A stretch of DNA of 64,000 nt from Chiloscyllium plagiosum. Taxonomy: Eukaryota. Below, piece by piece: positions 12,691-26,493 of the stretch. The notes under the pieces are model-generated. The model was not told where the DNA came from. It searched no databases and saw only the letters and a list, made by a program, of their open reading frames with translations. The stretch lies in the NCBI RefSeq assembly GCF_004010195.1, contig NC_057726.1, positions 61,834,335 through 61,898,334 on the forward strand, read 5' to 3'. Every line of letters begins with the position of its first letter. The stretch's first letter is position 1. A program made the position numbers and the translations under genes.

Positions 12691-13799
12691 TTTATAATTT
12701 TTGAATAACCAATCCCATCTTTGCAAATAATCAATTTCACACACCAGCTTGTACCTTCAACAAAAGACTTCATGATTTGTTAACATTGTAACTTTAAGTA
12801 GGGGAAAATTAAAGATTGAAATAATCCAATTTGTCTATGCTATAAGCTGAAAAGCCTTAGGTTTTAGTCCCATTCACACAAAGGACAAACAAACATAGTT
12901 AAGGGGCAAATAAAATCAAATAAGGAAACTGACCAGATTCCATAAGTTGTTTCTTTGATGCATTGTTCCATGAGCATAGATGTTGTTTTCTTGGTTCATT
13001 TTCTGAAGATGCCAGTCATGGTTAGCTTTTCAGTTCACTCAGATAAAGGCAGTAATTCTTTAAACTTAGTTTTCTATCCTCTGAGCTTCCAGCAACTGCT
13101 CAAGGGAGGTGAGACAGCGAGCTTTAAAATCCTCAGGCAGTACCATCAACAATCAGATTCCTTTTCACAGGAAAACCAAAAGTCCAGAACCCAGTCCAAA
13201 CTCTGACCACTCCCTGACTGACTGAATCTTCCACGAGGTCCCAGATACCTTCAATATTTGCCATCTGCTTGAACGTAAGGTCTTTTCCAGACTTGGTGGA
13301 ACCAATCGCCAGGTATTGACCTTGTTAAAACCAACTTCTGCTTTCTGTTTAAGCATAATAGTGTTCCCTGGTAAAGATGCATCTGCAGAACCTTCTGATC
13401 AGGAACCAACCTGCAATTAGCTTCCAGGTTTAGCCTCACAAATGAACAAAAGCTTGATTTGTCTGTTTTAATTTTAATGCAAGCTGTGATCCCACAGTCT
13501 AAAGTCATCTTCAGCTCACAGTTCTCAGCTCCAAGCCAAAATTGCTAAAAGAATAAACATTAGGTAATTAAAATCTCAGAAGAGTTCTAACAGTATGTAT
13601 GCAAGATTATTATGCATATGGTATCACAAAGGCACGGTTTCATTACACTCTGCTATATCGTGTGTGACGTTTAATTTGCATTTTATTGAAACAGGAACAT
13701 TACATAAATGGTATAAGGTTGAAGATACATGCAATTTCTCTCTGTGTCCAATCCCCATCCAGATTATTGGAAGATTCTTTGCTTCTTCATTCAAAGGAG

Positions 13800-14950
13800 G
13801 TGTGAACAATTCCATCCAGCACCAATGTCCTTTACCTTACTGAGGTCATTGTCACTGTGAACAATTTTTCCTTTAACTTGTCTCATTTCTCCAAGTTAAA
13901 GATGTGGCTGTTGGTACCTGCATAAGTCCCAGTTATGCCTATCTCTTTGGCATATACGGAACACTCCTTGCTCCAGTCCCACTCTTGTCTTTTTCCAGTA
14001 CATCAATTACATCAAAAGTGCTGCCTGCTTCTGTCATTTGGAACTGGGAAAATTTAATCAAATTTTGCTTCCAATATCCATCCTTTTCTGATCTTCACTT
14101 TGTCCATCTGTGACTCTTTCCTTCCCTTCCTTGATTTCTCTAATTCCATTTCTCAGGATAGGCTGGTCACCAATAGCCAGTACAAGCCTACTGATTCCCA
14201 CAGTTAACTTGACTACACTTCCTCTCACACTGCTTCTGCTAAGGATCATATTTCATTCTCCCAGTTTCTCCAATTTTGTTGAATTTGTACGGCTGATATA
14301 TTCCACAGGGATGCCTCTGACAAAATGCTTTTTTCTTCAACTCAGGATTTCCTGCCACTTTGGTTGTTGTGGCCATCAGCCTTTTCCCATTCCACACACT
14401 TCTACCCTCATCCCTTGGCCTCCCTTCTTGAACAATGATAATTTTTTTGTCTTCACTTTCCAACCCACCAGCTTTTACGTTCAACTGATCATCTTCTTCC
14501 AACAGGATGCTCTAAACAAACACCTCTTACCATCCCCTTCCCTGTCAGGATTTTACAGGGACCACATCCTCCATGACACCTGATCCAACCTTCCTTTGTT
14601 CCGAACACTCCCTGTCACCATCCTGATGCATTTGGAGAAGGTATAAGTCCTTTACAACTCACTGTCCAAACACATCATCTAGGTTATGTGTTATTTAGGT
14701 CATAAAGACTTGTAATTCTTTAATTTATCTACTGTATTCATTGCTCACAATGTGGTCCTTGCAAATTGACAATACTAAACATAGATTATGCTACCACTTT
14801 GTGGAATACCTCTGCTGTGTCTGTAAGAATGACCACCATATTTTAGCCACTTGCCATTTCAATGTACCATCTTGCTAGTATGCTAACATTTCCAATCTTG
14901 GCTTGATGCAATGCTATAGCAAAGCCCTATTCAAGTTAGAAGGACAGCGC
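13800..14950 (+). mobile_element. Highly decayed Penelope-like element (RT plus GIY-YIG)
   Basis: VAVGTCISPSYAYLF (AMGTxxxPxYAxLF RT motif), NFASNIHP, and YCIHCSQCG. Confidence 0.7.
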
Positions 14951-15354
14951 CCCATTTTCTGTTGGGTACTTTTGTTGTTGCTTGAGTGAAAATAGCTGAT
15001 CAGGACAGTGTGAGTGTTCTCTGTTTTGTTGTCCACTAAACTCAGAACATGGATGTATTTGATTTTGTGTTAGAGGATGGACTTTTTCGATCATGCAACA
15101 CTGTTTAATTACACACTGGAATATGGGAAGGAATATATTGGAGCGAAACCAATTCTTATAACCTAAGTACCAAGAAATGAATGCTGCCAAATAAGCTGAG
15201 CTGATGTTTATTTTTGTTGGAGTAGGAACACTCTGATTTCCTGTGAAGGCTGACTTGGAAGCATTTTGCACACACCAGCTGTGAGTGCTAACCCATGTTA
15301 TTAGTGTTTTGCACAAAATGCTCTTTCTCATATGAAACAGGATGTGAAATTAAG

Positions 15355-16215
15355 GTTAAGTCATCATTGCCCCACCTGATCATAGGCTGCTCCCTCATTA
15401 AAGGGCGGTAACTGACAGTGATTTATCCTGAGAGTTCCCGTACTCTCTGAAAGTGGAGTCACAGGTAGACAGGGCAGTGAAGAAGGGTTTTGGCACACTG
15501 GCCTTCGTCAGTCAGGGCATTGAGTATAGAAGTGGGGAAGTTATGTTGCAGTTATATAGAATGTTGATGAGGCCGCACTTGGAGTATTATATTCAGTTTT
15601 GGTTAACTTGTTATAGGAAGGATGTTATTAAACTGGAAAGATTGCAGAAGAAATTTACAACGCTGTTACTTGATCTCAGTGGTGGAGTTACAGGGAGCGG
15701 TTGGACAAGCTAGGACATATTTCTTTAGAGTGTAGGAGAATCGGCGGGTTTAGCGGGGTGGTGTCCTTATTGAGGGGTATAAGATCATGAGAGGCTTGGA
15801 TAGGGTGAATACACTCAGTCTTTTTCCCAGGGTTGGGGAATCAAGGGCAATAGTTTAATGTTTGAGGGGAAAGAATAAAAGGGAACCTGAGGGGCAACGT
15901 TTTTACACACAGGCTGGTACACATATGGAATGAGTTGCCAGCGGAAGTGGAGGAGGGGGGTACATTAATAGGCATGTGGACAAATACATGGATAGAATAT
16001 GATTAGAAGGATATAGGCCAAGTGCAGGGAAATGGGGTTAACGTGGGACAGACATTTTGGTCGGCATGGACCAAGTTTATGCCAAATGGCCTGTCTCCAT
16101 GTTGTAGGACTTTATGACTCTCTGCCTCAGGTGATGGGAGAGTTAACAAAGAGGATTCTTCGTGGTAAGCTCAACTGGTGTGGGAATTTGAATCCATGCT
16201 GATTGTGTCACTATT
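15355..16215 (-). mobile_element. tRNA-derived SINE split by a CR1 insertion
   Basis: Halves about 15355-15449 and 16125-16215 match the reverse complement of the SINE at 42690-42895; actctctg is repeated at both CR1 junctions. Confidence 0.55.
15450..16120 (+). mobile_element. CR1 LINE 3' end
   Basis: LYRMLMRPHLEYYIQFW..YRKDVIKLERLQKKFT plus 3'UTR and tail. Confidence 0.85.
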
Positions 16216-16271
16216 AATCTGAAAATGAAATGCTTAAACCGTGCTGAAATTTAAAACTGATGCATTTACAG

Positions 16272-16388
16272 ATGTGTTGCTGTGTCACGATGATGAATTA
16301 GAAGGGCGGAGAATAGCATTCATCCTGTATCTTGTTCCTGAATGGGGAAAATGCGATGGTGGAAATTTGGACCTTTATGGTGCAGATG
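16272..16388 (+). CDS. OGFOD1: OGFOD1 exon 5 (HxD iron-binding motif)
   Basis: ttacag| [39 protein letters not shown] |gtgagt. Confidence 0.98.
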
Positions 16389-16858
16389 GTGAGTAGTATT
16401 AAATAAACATAACTGAATGTTCCAAGTTTAACACTGACCCAGTAATGTCTCCATCCCAGAAATATTTAACTGACTGCCATCATAATTCTGGGTTTCAGTT
16501 TTGTGTTGAACTTAACAGCAATTGTTGAGATTTGTAAGTTCATGGATATCCCTGGCCTGGATGCTTGGTATTACCATTGTGTTATCACAATGCAGCCATG
16601 CAAATGTTAGTACTATGCGTTAATACTATTGGTAGTATTCGGAGTCTTTATGGACACTGAGGTTATAGCAGGGTAAATGGACCTGACAGGACTTGGTTGA
16701 GCTTCTAATGCAATTCAGAATTAAAGGCTCAGGTGTTCTCGTGACCAGAGAGTTACAGGAAACAGCGTAGATTGAGATGCGCATTTGAACCATACAGAAT
16801 CCCAGATGCAGCAGACACCTTGAGAATTGTCGAGGAAATCAAAGAATCTGATTGGCAA

Positions 16859-17265
16859 CTAGCCACGAAACGACATGACCAGCTATCCTTAGTAGCCACA
16901 CACGCAGATGACAAGCAACATGAATTCGACTGGGACAACACTACTATTATAGGACAAGCCAAACAAGAACAGCCAGGGAATTCCTAGAGGCATGGCTCTC
17001 ATCCACAGATTTAATCAATAAGCACATCGACCTGGACCCAATATACCGACCACTGCAACGGACAGCTGGAACTGACAACCGGAAGCGGCAGATTCAAACC
17101 ACTATAAATGCCGGAGGAAAAATCACAGAAGTGCTTCACAGGAGGCTCCTAAGCACTCAGGATGTCACCTAGACAGGGGACAAAACGTCTGCAACACAAA
17201 TTCCCAGCTCGGCAAACAGAACCACAACAACGAGCACCCGAGCTACAAATCTTCTCACAAACTTT
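16859..17265 (+). mobile_element. 5'-truncated Penelope element (GIY-YIG C-terminus plus 3' end)
   Basis: QLATKRHDQLSLVATHADDKQHEFDWDNTTIIGQAKQ..REFLEAW; perfect 15-bp TSD gaatctgattggcaa at 16844-16858 and 17266-17280. Confidence 0.85.
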
Positions 17266-18711
17266 GAATCTGATTGGCAATTACCCTGCTGAAAATCCCT
17301 GAAAACGTTTTAACATTAGAGAATTTGTTGGGTTCTAAATCAATTAAAATAATTGCCTGAGAAAAGTTAGAGAATTAAGACTTATTCTAACTCCCCTGAT
17401 AATTGATTCCCTGACTCATTACTCAACAGCCTCCCCTCCAGCCCCAACCCCAGCCAACATCAGGGCAAGCACCCCTGACCTGAAAGCTTAGAACCTGAGC
17501 CCCAACCGGCCTGAAGTCTCGAACCTGACATCCTCTGCCACCAACCTGACTTACCCAATACCTTTTGGCTGGGTTGCACCTCCAGGACCTGATTGGAAGC
17601 CCTTGGACCTTGCACCGACTTCTAACTGCTAGCCTGATAACCCTGGAATCAACAGCCCCTCCCTGTCCTGTCAGTATCACAGGACCTGACCCCCAGCATC
17701 TGCCTGTGATGACTGCTGGGATCTGAACCTCCTATCTGCTTCAGATGTCACCCTCTCCTCCCCCACCATTGGACCAAGCCCTCTCACCTCTGGTCTGACC
17801 TATCCTCCTGTCACTCCCCTCTTTTCTTCATCCACCCCTTAATCCTGGCACCACCACCACTAACACCAAACCAACCTAAGCATTCCATCACTTGCTTGGT
17901 ACCCTACCTGTTTACCGACTGCCGTCTTACTGTCATGCCTGCCCTATAGACTCACTCTTCACAGCAGTTGTCTAAGTGGCTGGACATTAAATGCAGAATA
18001 CGGTGCACGAACAGTTGCAGTTGGAGCATGGCTTTTACAAGGGTACACTTTGCTCATAGATTAATGGAATTCTGGCCAGATGGGAGGCGTCTGCCCAGAA
18101 ATTTCCAGCTCAGAAACCATCTAAACATATTGAAGTCAAATCCAATCAGGCATGGAAGTGTTTTGGACTCTGGGTGGAATATCTGCATCAATATGACCAG
18201 AATTAAATGGAGAAAATGCAAAATTTTGTTTTATGTAAACTGGTGAATCACATACAATGTGTCCAGAATGTCACTGCCTGTATTCAAGGTGTTATGTCAG
18301 AAACCTCTTTTTTTTTTGTATGTCGTTCTGGCCTTCTACCACTAACCGAGGGGAGATTTCAAAGACTAAGTTTTAATCGTTTGAATGTGGAATGATTGAA
18401 AATCTAAATTAGAATTACGTCCAATCATCTGAAATCCAACTCAGTTCTGAGGTTGAAAATTTCTCGCATCAGATACAGATATGGATGATGCATAGATTGA
18501 TTTGTCTTTATTTCGCTTGCAGTCTCAAATTCAACATTAGGACAGAATTGGAGGTAGTGTGGGGCAGAAGTTTGCGTTTCATGACTCTAATAAGAGCTGA
18601 ACACACAATTGCAGCACAGTTTATAAATAGCAAATGAATAAAATTAGCCTGCATTTATGACTCAGAATTTTAGCCTTACAATCATCCAACTGAATTTATT
18701 GTCTTTTACAG

Positions 18712-18803
18712 ATCACTATCAGCCTCAGCAGATTGTCAAATCTCTAACTCCTTCATGGAACACATTAGTTTTCTTTGAGGTTTCCCCTGTGTCTCACCAT
18801 CAG
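18712..18803 (+). CDS. OGFOD1: OGFOD1 exon 6 (distal His ligand)
   Basis: ttacag| [31 protein letters not shown] |gtacag. Confidence 0.97.
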
Positions 18804-19409
18804 GTACAGATCCAACGATGTTTCAGATCATCCAAGTGATGACCATTTGTGATCAAACTGTGCATAATAATATGGAAATTATTTGGTTCTTTCTTCCAGT
18901 TACATTGACGGGATGGTTCTGCAAAGTGTTTTGGATTTATTATGCTTCTTGAATGCCTGTAACATTATGAAAGTGGGTTTCCCAATATGAATCCCTTTGC
19001 GAGAAGAATGGGGATAAAAGAATGCTAGGGAATTCATGAAGCAGTCAGTGCATAGGAAGAGGCACATGCTTTGCATGCAGTGATTGTGTAGAGCTGACTA
19101 TGTAAATTCTAGGTCCATAGACAGCCAGAATAGAGTTATACTCGATGCTGCACCAGTTAAATGTGTCAAACTGCCTGTGGTTAATTGTCCCCTTGGATGC
19201 TATTACTCATTCAAGACAAGTTGCAATTCTCATCTGCAGAAGTGTGCCCTTCTCACTGCTACCCCCTTTTTGTCGGACTTATACTTCACTGCCCATTAAA
19301 TAGAGTTGAATGTCCAAAATCGGGCTCAGTGGAACTTGTTCACTCAGTAAATAAAAGTTTAAGATTTGGTTTGATCTGTGCCCTTATGGATAGAACTAGA
19401 TAAACATTG

Positions 19410-20820
19410 CAGCACCAAAAGGCCTGTTCAGCCCATAGTATATTTACCAGCTGAATGAACTGGCCATCCATTTTAATCCCTTTTTCCAGCACATGGTCCA
19501 TAGCCTTGTAGGTTACAGTGCTTCATGTGCAGATTGAATTTCCTTTTAAATGAGGTTTTCCACCCAACTATTGGAACTGGATAGCAAATTCCAATACTTG
19601 TTATCAAAATATTTTTCCTAATGTGCATGCTCATCCTTCTAACAGTCACTTTAGATCTGTGCTCTCTGATGGATAAACAGATCTTTCTTGTCTTTGTTAT
19701 CAAAACCCCTTATTATTTTGTACACCTCATTTTAAATAGCCCTCAGCTTCCTCTGTTTTAAAGGAAATAATGCTTGCTAATCCAATCTTCTTTTTATAAA
19801 TACAAATCCTGGCAACATTTTTGTAAATTTCCACTATGCTGTCAACAGAGCAATTATATTCTTACTGTAAGCACTGTCCAGAAATCTCCAGCTGTGGCTT
19901 AACCGGTGTCTTAAATAGTTCCAGCATTATATCCCTGCTTTTGTATTCAGTACCTCCTGCAATAAAGGAAACCACTCCTTATGCTTTCTTTACCACCTTA
20001 TCTACCTGTCCTGCCACTTCAGGGGATCTGTTAACAACCACTCCAAGATCTTTCCCTTCCTCTACCCCTCTTGATGCCATCCCATATATTTCCTTGCTTT
20101 GTTTTCCCCCACCAAATGCATAAACTCATAGCTCTTCAGATAATTTGCCGTATTTCCAACCACTCGACCAAACTGTTGATATCATCCTGTAGCGGACAGT
20201 CATCCTCTTCACTGCCTGGCAAATTATTATGTTGAGTGCAATTTTCTCAGTCGTGGTTCCCATCTTTAAATCCATCATTAACAAATGCCACAAACAGCAA
20301 TACTGAACTCTATGGAACACCATTGGAAATCCTTTGCCATTCCTAATCCATCTGTTAATCGTTGTTTTCTACCACTGAGTCAATTTCAGATCCATTTCAC
20401 CACATTCCCCTGTATCCCATGAAATTGAATTTTTCTGAACAGTCTGCCATTTAGGACCTTGTCAAATATCATACTAAGGTTCATATTGATGACATTTGCT
20501 GCACTACCCTCATCCTTCCTCCTTATGTCATCAAAAAATTCAATTAAATTAATAAGGCTTGACTTGCCCTAACATAACTGTGCTGACCACTTCTGAATAA
20601 TATGTGCCTTTCCAAGTAACAGTCAGTCCTATCTCACGTGCACTCTAGTAATTTGCTCGTATCCAGGTCAGTAACTCACTTATAATTATTTGCTTATCCC
20701 TGAATAATAACAGAATTATATTCACAGACGTCCAATCCTCTGTTATCTTGCCTGTATCTAATGAAGTTTAGTAAATGAACTTCCAAGCATCTGGTATTTC
20801 TTCCCTGTTTCTTTTAACAG
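19410..20820 (-). mobile_element. Decayed CR1 LINE (RT to 3' end)
   Basis: Reverse-strand GYGPCAGKRD end, GVP(Q)SSVL and LSMIFDKV remnants. Confidence 0.7.
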
Positions 20821-21768
20821 GCAAAGCTACTTTTCATCCTAGTAATTTGTACTATTGGGTTTCTGGTTTGTGATCAGTAATTTCCTGATTTTTAGGTGGT
20901 TCGAATCACCCCCAGGTCCTAGGTTCTGACTTTGGACTTATTTAGGGAATGTGAAATGAAGAAGGCAGTAGACAGGTGTTTCAGGGCAAAAGAATCCCTA
21001 TTTAGCTCCAAACAGATAAGTATAATATGAGAAATAAAAAGTCAAATGCGATAAAACAGTGAAATTGACACAGTTATACAGAGTACAGTAATTACATTCA
21101 CCATCAAGTTAAACAGAGGTTAAAACACTCTTCAGTTTTAATCACAGACACTTTCTTCAGGTTTCCTATACTTGGGGTCCATTCACTGCCTGCCTTCCCC
21201 TCCCTGCTGGCTAGATTAGAAACCTTGTGTCTTGAGAGTTTTACCTCACCATTGGGGAAAACACAGTGTTGAAGTACGTCCAGTTGCTGAGGTTCTTGCC
21301 ATTGGTTCTCTTGGCTTGGAACAGGCCTGTGTCTGGCAGCTCTTGTTTGGTTAGTGCTTGGTTGGCTGGATAGTGCTTGGTTGGCCCTCTCAGATGCCCT
21401 TTGTTGCGATGGTGCTCTTGGTTTGGCCTCCTGACTTAGCTTCTTGGTGGTTCTTGGTTCCGAAGCTACTTGTTGGGGCTGGAAGCTTTGGGGAAACTGT
21501 TTCTGTAGGAGCTTGATGTTGGAAAAAGCTCTCTCTCCCACATCAGGGCTAGCAGTTTATACAGACTGCGTGCCCCCTTATTTCCCCTCAAATCTGTGTT
21601 GCCATTATGTTTATGATGTTCCCTTTTGGGGTCAATTGGCTTCCTGATTATGAAGAGTAGGTGTGAATGTATTTTGATTAAGTGGAATATCTGGTATCAC
21701 TGTGCATGAGTGTTGGTTGAAGGTGATCTGCTAAAGCCCCATTCAGTCTGGGTTGGATGAAGTTAAGT

Positions 21769-21991
21769 CAAAAAGTGTGGCGCTGGAAAAGCACAGCCGG
21801 TCAGGCAGCTCCCACTCCACTTTGCTCCCTCACAGGGTCACTGTCTCTGTGACTCCCAGGTATGAGTAATTCTGGAGCACCCACGACTTTGTTCCCTCAT
21901 GGGGTCACTGATACGATGCTGTCTGGCTGTGCTTTTCCAGCGCCACACTTTTTGACTCAGATCTCCAGCATCTGCAGTCCTCACTTTCTCC
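21769..21991. mobile_element. Fold-back PLE pLTR micro-element
   Basis: aaaaagtgtggcgctggaaaagcacagcc and its reverse complement ggctgtgcttttccagcgccacacttttt; diverged flanking direct repeat. Confidence 0.7.
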
Positions 21992-22199
21992 TGGACGAGG
22001 TTTAGGTCTGGTTGATTGTTCTTTTAGAGAGAGTGTGTGTGAATTGGATTTTCGGGTTTAACAATGGTTCCAGACTTCTCTCTGTACCTTGTGCATTTTC
22101 CCGAGCCCAGCCCAGCTGCCAACCTTGTTCTTTTACTTTTAAAAGTTATTTGGAAAGTCCAGGATTTTGGAATAGTATTTCAGAATATGGAGATTTTTT

Positions 22200-23340
22200 G
22201 CTGAATCCAACACTACCTTGCTGGAATTTCTGCACAATCCTTCTCTTTTGTGAAGACAGGATCAAAATACTCACTAAAAACCATGCCCACATCTTCTGTC
22301 TACACACAAAAGTTACCACGTGCATTTCTGATCAGCACAACTTTTTCCTTTGCCATCCTCTCCTCTAAATGTGCCAATAAAGCACCTTTGGATCTTCCTT
22401 AATTTTACAGGCTAATATTTTTTCTGTATCCTTTCTTTCCTTTCTAATTTCTTTTTTCACTTTATCCCATTCTTTTCGTTATCATCTAACTTTCCTAAAG
22501 TATTACTTTTTGTTTGAGATTGACATATGCTCTACTTTTCTGCATTATTTTACCCTGCATGCTTCTGGATAACCAGGGGCATTTAGATTTGTTGGTGCCA
22601 CTTTTGTTTTGTGGGCACATGTTTACATTGTGGCTGGAGGTTCTGACTTTTGAATACTGCCCACTGATTTGCCACCAACTTTCTTTTAAGTAGTTGTAAC
22701 CTGTCCACGTTTTGAGATCATCTCTCAGCTCTGTGAAGTTTGCCTACCTCCAATTTCGAAATTTTATTCCTCATCTAATTTGCCCCTTTTTGTAATGATG
22801 TTAAATCTAAGTGTATTATGATTACAACCTCCATAATTGTCAGCCACGACAATTTCATTCACCTGCCTGACTTTATTTCCTAAGACTTATTCTAGAATTA
22901 GAACATATTCATTGGGATATTTTTTTGGTGGTTAAGAAAGTTATCTTGAATGTAGTTCGAGATTTGTGTACCCTGTGCCCATTACATTGTTTGAATCCCA
23001 ATTGTTGGTTGGATCATTGAAATCCCCAACTATATTACCATATTGTTTTTGCACTCAGCAACTTGCTGAAAAAATTGCTTCTCTAACTCTCTCCCATGAT
23101 TTGAGGGTCCTATCTAGGTGCATACCAAGTAGTTTGGCTGCCCTTATTTTGTTTCTGAGCTCAAACCATTTGGCCTCATTTCAAGCTTCAATTAGTATAT
23201 TATCCTTCATCATAACTGAGGGATTTATTCTTTAACTGATAATGCCCCACCTTCGGCTTTTTAAATCCCTTTTATTGTCCTTGCTGAATACTCGCTATGT
23301 AGGGATGTTGAGCTGCCACTTCTGCCCTCTTTAAGCAAAA
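22200..23340 (-). mobile_element. Decayed CR1 LINE ORF2 (APE endonuclease/linker region)
   Basis: Reverse-strand IVGDFN motif (aaatccccaactat) and typical CR1 composition. Confidence 0.6.
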
Positions 23341-24239
23341 AGTTTGTTACATCAGCGATATATGCCCTCAGATTATTGGTTTGATTTAATACACTCTTCT
23401 ATTTAGATATTGTTATAACGCAGAGGTCACACCCGTCTACTAATTAAAACTAAAACACCTAGAGAAGTTTGCCTCGCTTTGTAATCTGTTAAAAGTGTGA
23501 GTGAAAGAAAAAACCTCTTTCCACAGTTTCCAGAAAAAAATAACAATTTATTTTCCTAACTCTAACGGTGAATACTAAGCAAAGACTATTGACAAATCCA
23601 AGCCCCTTTTTCTTCACTAATCACTATCTTACCCTGCTCTGTGAAAATGCTGCTCCAATACCACAATTATTAAAGATTAAATCAACTTAATCTCTCAAAG
23701 TTATTATAATCTCTAAAGCTGTCTTCCTTCCAGTCTTCCCAATCTGGTGCTTCCTTCCATTCTTCCATTTTTGCTGTCTTCTTCCTCGGTTGTCCTCTTA
23801 CTTTTTACTGCTTTTACTGGAAAACGTATCTTTGAGAGACAGTGCCTTCTGAGGCATTTCTTTTTTGAGAGCCCTTTCAGATGACATGTGCTCTCATGTT
23901 CGATGGCAGTTCCTCTGGCCAATTTTTCAACTGCCCTAGTTTTTATGCCCCTGATTACACCTGAAATTCTTATAGTCTGATTGGGTTCAGGCTGTCAACA
24001 TCATCAGATTTTAAATTCGATTGGCTTTGAAGGACTGAGTGTTTGGTTTAAATCAGTTGGTCAGATTTGAATTTTTGTCAAAACCACAACTTAGCTATCC
24101 ATTTAACAGCCAATTGTTATCTATTATTTCTCCCAGCTGTTCTGTATATTGGCAGTGTTTCCTGTACCTTAAACTCAAAAAAGCACTTTGTCTTAAAGTG
24201 ACCATACACTCTTTCGATGTGGTAATAATACTGTCATTT

Positions 24240-24915
24240 TTATGTGCGGCACGTTTTAACCTGTTTCCTTGCATTTCAGAGTCACTCCCATGCCTACCTC
24301 CCATTCCTTGCTTTGAGTTTGCCCCCCTGTCCGATGTCTATGCCCGATGGGACATGAAATTACTGCTTTGGAGGTCATGTTTTTCAAACTCCTATCGAGC
24401 TCCCTGGAATCTTCTTTCAGAACTTCATCCCTATTCCTACCCAAGTTATTGGTACCAATGTGGATTACCCTATCCCAGAAGAATGTCCTGCAACCACTTT
24501 GTATCATACTTTACCTTGGCCATAAAAAGACAATGTACTGTCCTCAAGTCCTCAAGTCATGTCAAATGCCACAGAAACATCTGTCTGCTCTGCAGAATAT
24601 GCAATCCCCTCTCTCTATTCACTCCCACTTTTTTTTCCCTCAACATGTCCCCTCTTGCTTGGTACATCTGAGCCACTTGTGGTCAGCTGTGGCTGCATGC
24701 TCCTGAGGTACCAATACCCTCACCAGTGTCCAAAATGATATACAGAAAAATGGACTTGGAGGAATCCTTGACTGTCTGCATGGATCTCTGAAATCACATC
24801 CTGGTCACCCATTCCCTGCTGTTTGACACTTCTAAACTGTGGTGTTACCACCTCCTAAACATGCTATCCATACCGGCATCTGCCTGTGGATGTGCAGTAA
24901 AGACTTGAACTATCG
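24240..24915 (-). mobile_element. Decayed CR1 ORF1 (SGNH esterase-like)
   Basis: ORF 24256..24507(-) contains VIHIGTNNLGRNRDEVLKEDSREL..LKNMTSKAVIS. Confidence 0.7.
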
Positions 24916-25635
24916 CTCATGTAAGAGCGACCTTCACGGTGGCAGTAACAGCATGGAGCTGACGCTGTTTGTTCAAGCAAATTGAACGGTTTATTGCGAG
25001 CAGTTACCAGTAAATGCAGGGAGAGGAGTTCCAGATGGACATGCAGGAATACTGGATCCACACTAATTCATGAGCACGAGTTACAGACTTTTATATACAG
25101 AAATAAACAACTTGTCTAGCAATCGTCAGCAGTTTGTCTCCACCTCCCTTTCTAGTGTGGTCACGCCTAAGGGCACATCATGTGTTCTTATTTTAGTTTG
25201 GTTTCATCAGAATTTTATCAAATAATCAGCTGTTTATTTTGTCAGCTACTTCTGTCCTATTGTCCTGTCTATTCATGTCAGCCAGCTACCTAATGGTAGG
25301 ACACATTGTCTAACTGAAATATCACGGAGCTGTTGGCCATTTCAACATAGTCAGTAGACTACATTGTTCTATCTGAATAAACCTTGCTTAAGCATTCTCA
25401 GTCAACTACTTCATATCTAGTCTCCTATACTTGTGTGTGTGTGCGCGCCTGTGGGAGATTCTTGCCTTTCACGCAAGTTCCAAAACTTGGTGCTGAAGCT
25501 TGTGCAGCCTGCAAATGTGTTCATCTGAAACACATGATGTGTCTATGACTTTGCATTATATTGCTGGATGTATAGTCGGCCGACTAAAATGATTTGCCAT
25601 CTGTCAAATTTTTAAAAAACATTTATTATGATGGA

Positions 25636-25772
25636 CAAAGTTTAAAAATCACACAACATCAGCTTGTAATCCGATAGATTTATTGCTTCCAAACAAACCT
25701 GTTGCACAATAACCTGGCATTGTGATTTTTAACTTTGTTCACCCCAGTCCAACACCGGCACCTCATCATGGC
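25636..25772. mobile_element. Fold-back PLE micro-element with 12-bp TSD
   Basis: Inverted aaaaatcacacaac / gtgatttttaac arms; TSD tattatgatgga at 25624-25635 and 25773-25784. Confidence 0.75.
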
Positions 25773-26364
25773 TATTATGATGGATGTAGTAGAAAACTTA
25801 CCGTCACTCACCAATCATTTTCATCTCCCACGCCAAAGTAAGTGTCATTTACAGAGGGTGGAAACAGTAGAATAAGGAAGAATATTTCCTCCCTTCACTG
25901 AAGTCGAATTTAACTCACTGTATTTCTATTTTACTCTCTGCACAACAAAAGCAACATGCAGTGCAGACAATGCAGCACTGTGGCATGTCTCTGTTTATGC
26001 TTCCTCAAAACAACAAACTCAAACTTAAATAGAAATTTCAGAAATGGTATAATGCTTGCTTCCAATTCAACATCTGACTATGACCTTGTTGGGGTTTGAA
26101 TGGCAATGTGTACTACCATTTGACATTACAAGCGTGATTTGTAGCTTTTGCACTGGTTTGGTTTCTTTGTCACATAGCAAGGTATAATAGGAATTGTCAG
26201 TATTTTATTTCTTATGCAGGAGGGTTTGCCATTTGCAATAACACTCATTGTTATCATGAGAATTAATTAGGCAGCATTTTTTTTTCTTAGTGCAGTGTGC
26301 AGAATATTTCACCAAGTTTTACAATTTGATGCTCAATGCTGTGCTGCGTACTTTACCTAATCAG

Positions 26365-26493
26365 GTGTCTGAAGTTCTGTCGGAGGAGAAGTGTCGCCTC
26401 TCTGTTAGTGGCTGGTTCCATGGGCCGTCATTGGAGAGGCCAGCTCGTTACATCGAACCTCTTTCTCAGCGATATCCATATATTGCAAGTGAT
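26365..26493 (+). CDS. OGFOD1: OGFOD1 exon 7 (2OG-binding RxS)
   Basis: aatcag| [43 protein letters not shown] |gtaagt. Confidence 0.97.

Noticed and set aside
17400-17950. C-rich stretch with recurring acctga motifs
   Set aside because: No consistent period or convincing ORF; probably a decayed repeat interior
24039-24671. Longest ORF in the track (210 aa, +)
   Set aside because: Mostly antisense to a decayed CR1 ORF1, with no domain signature or splice context
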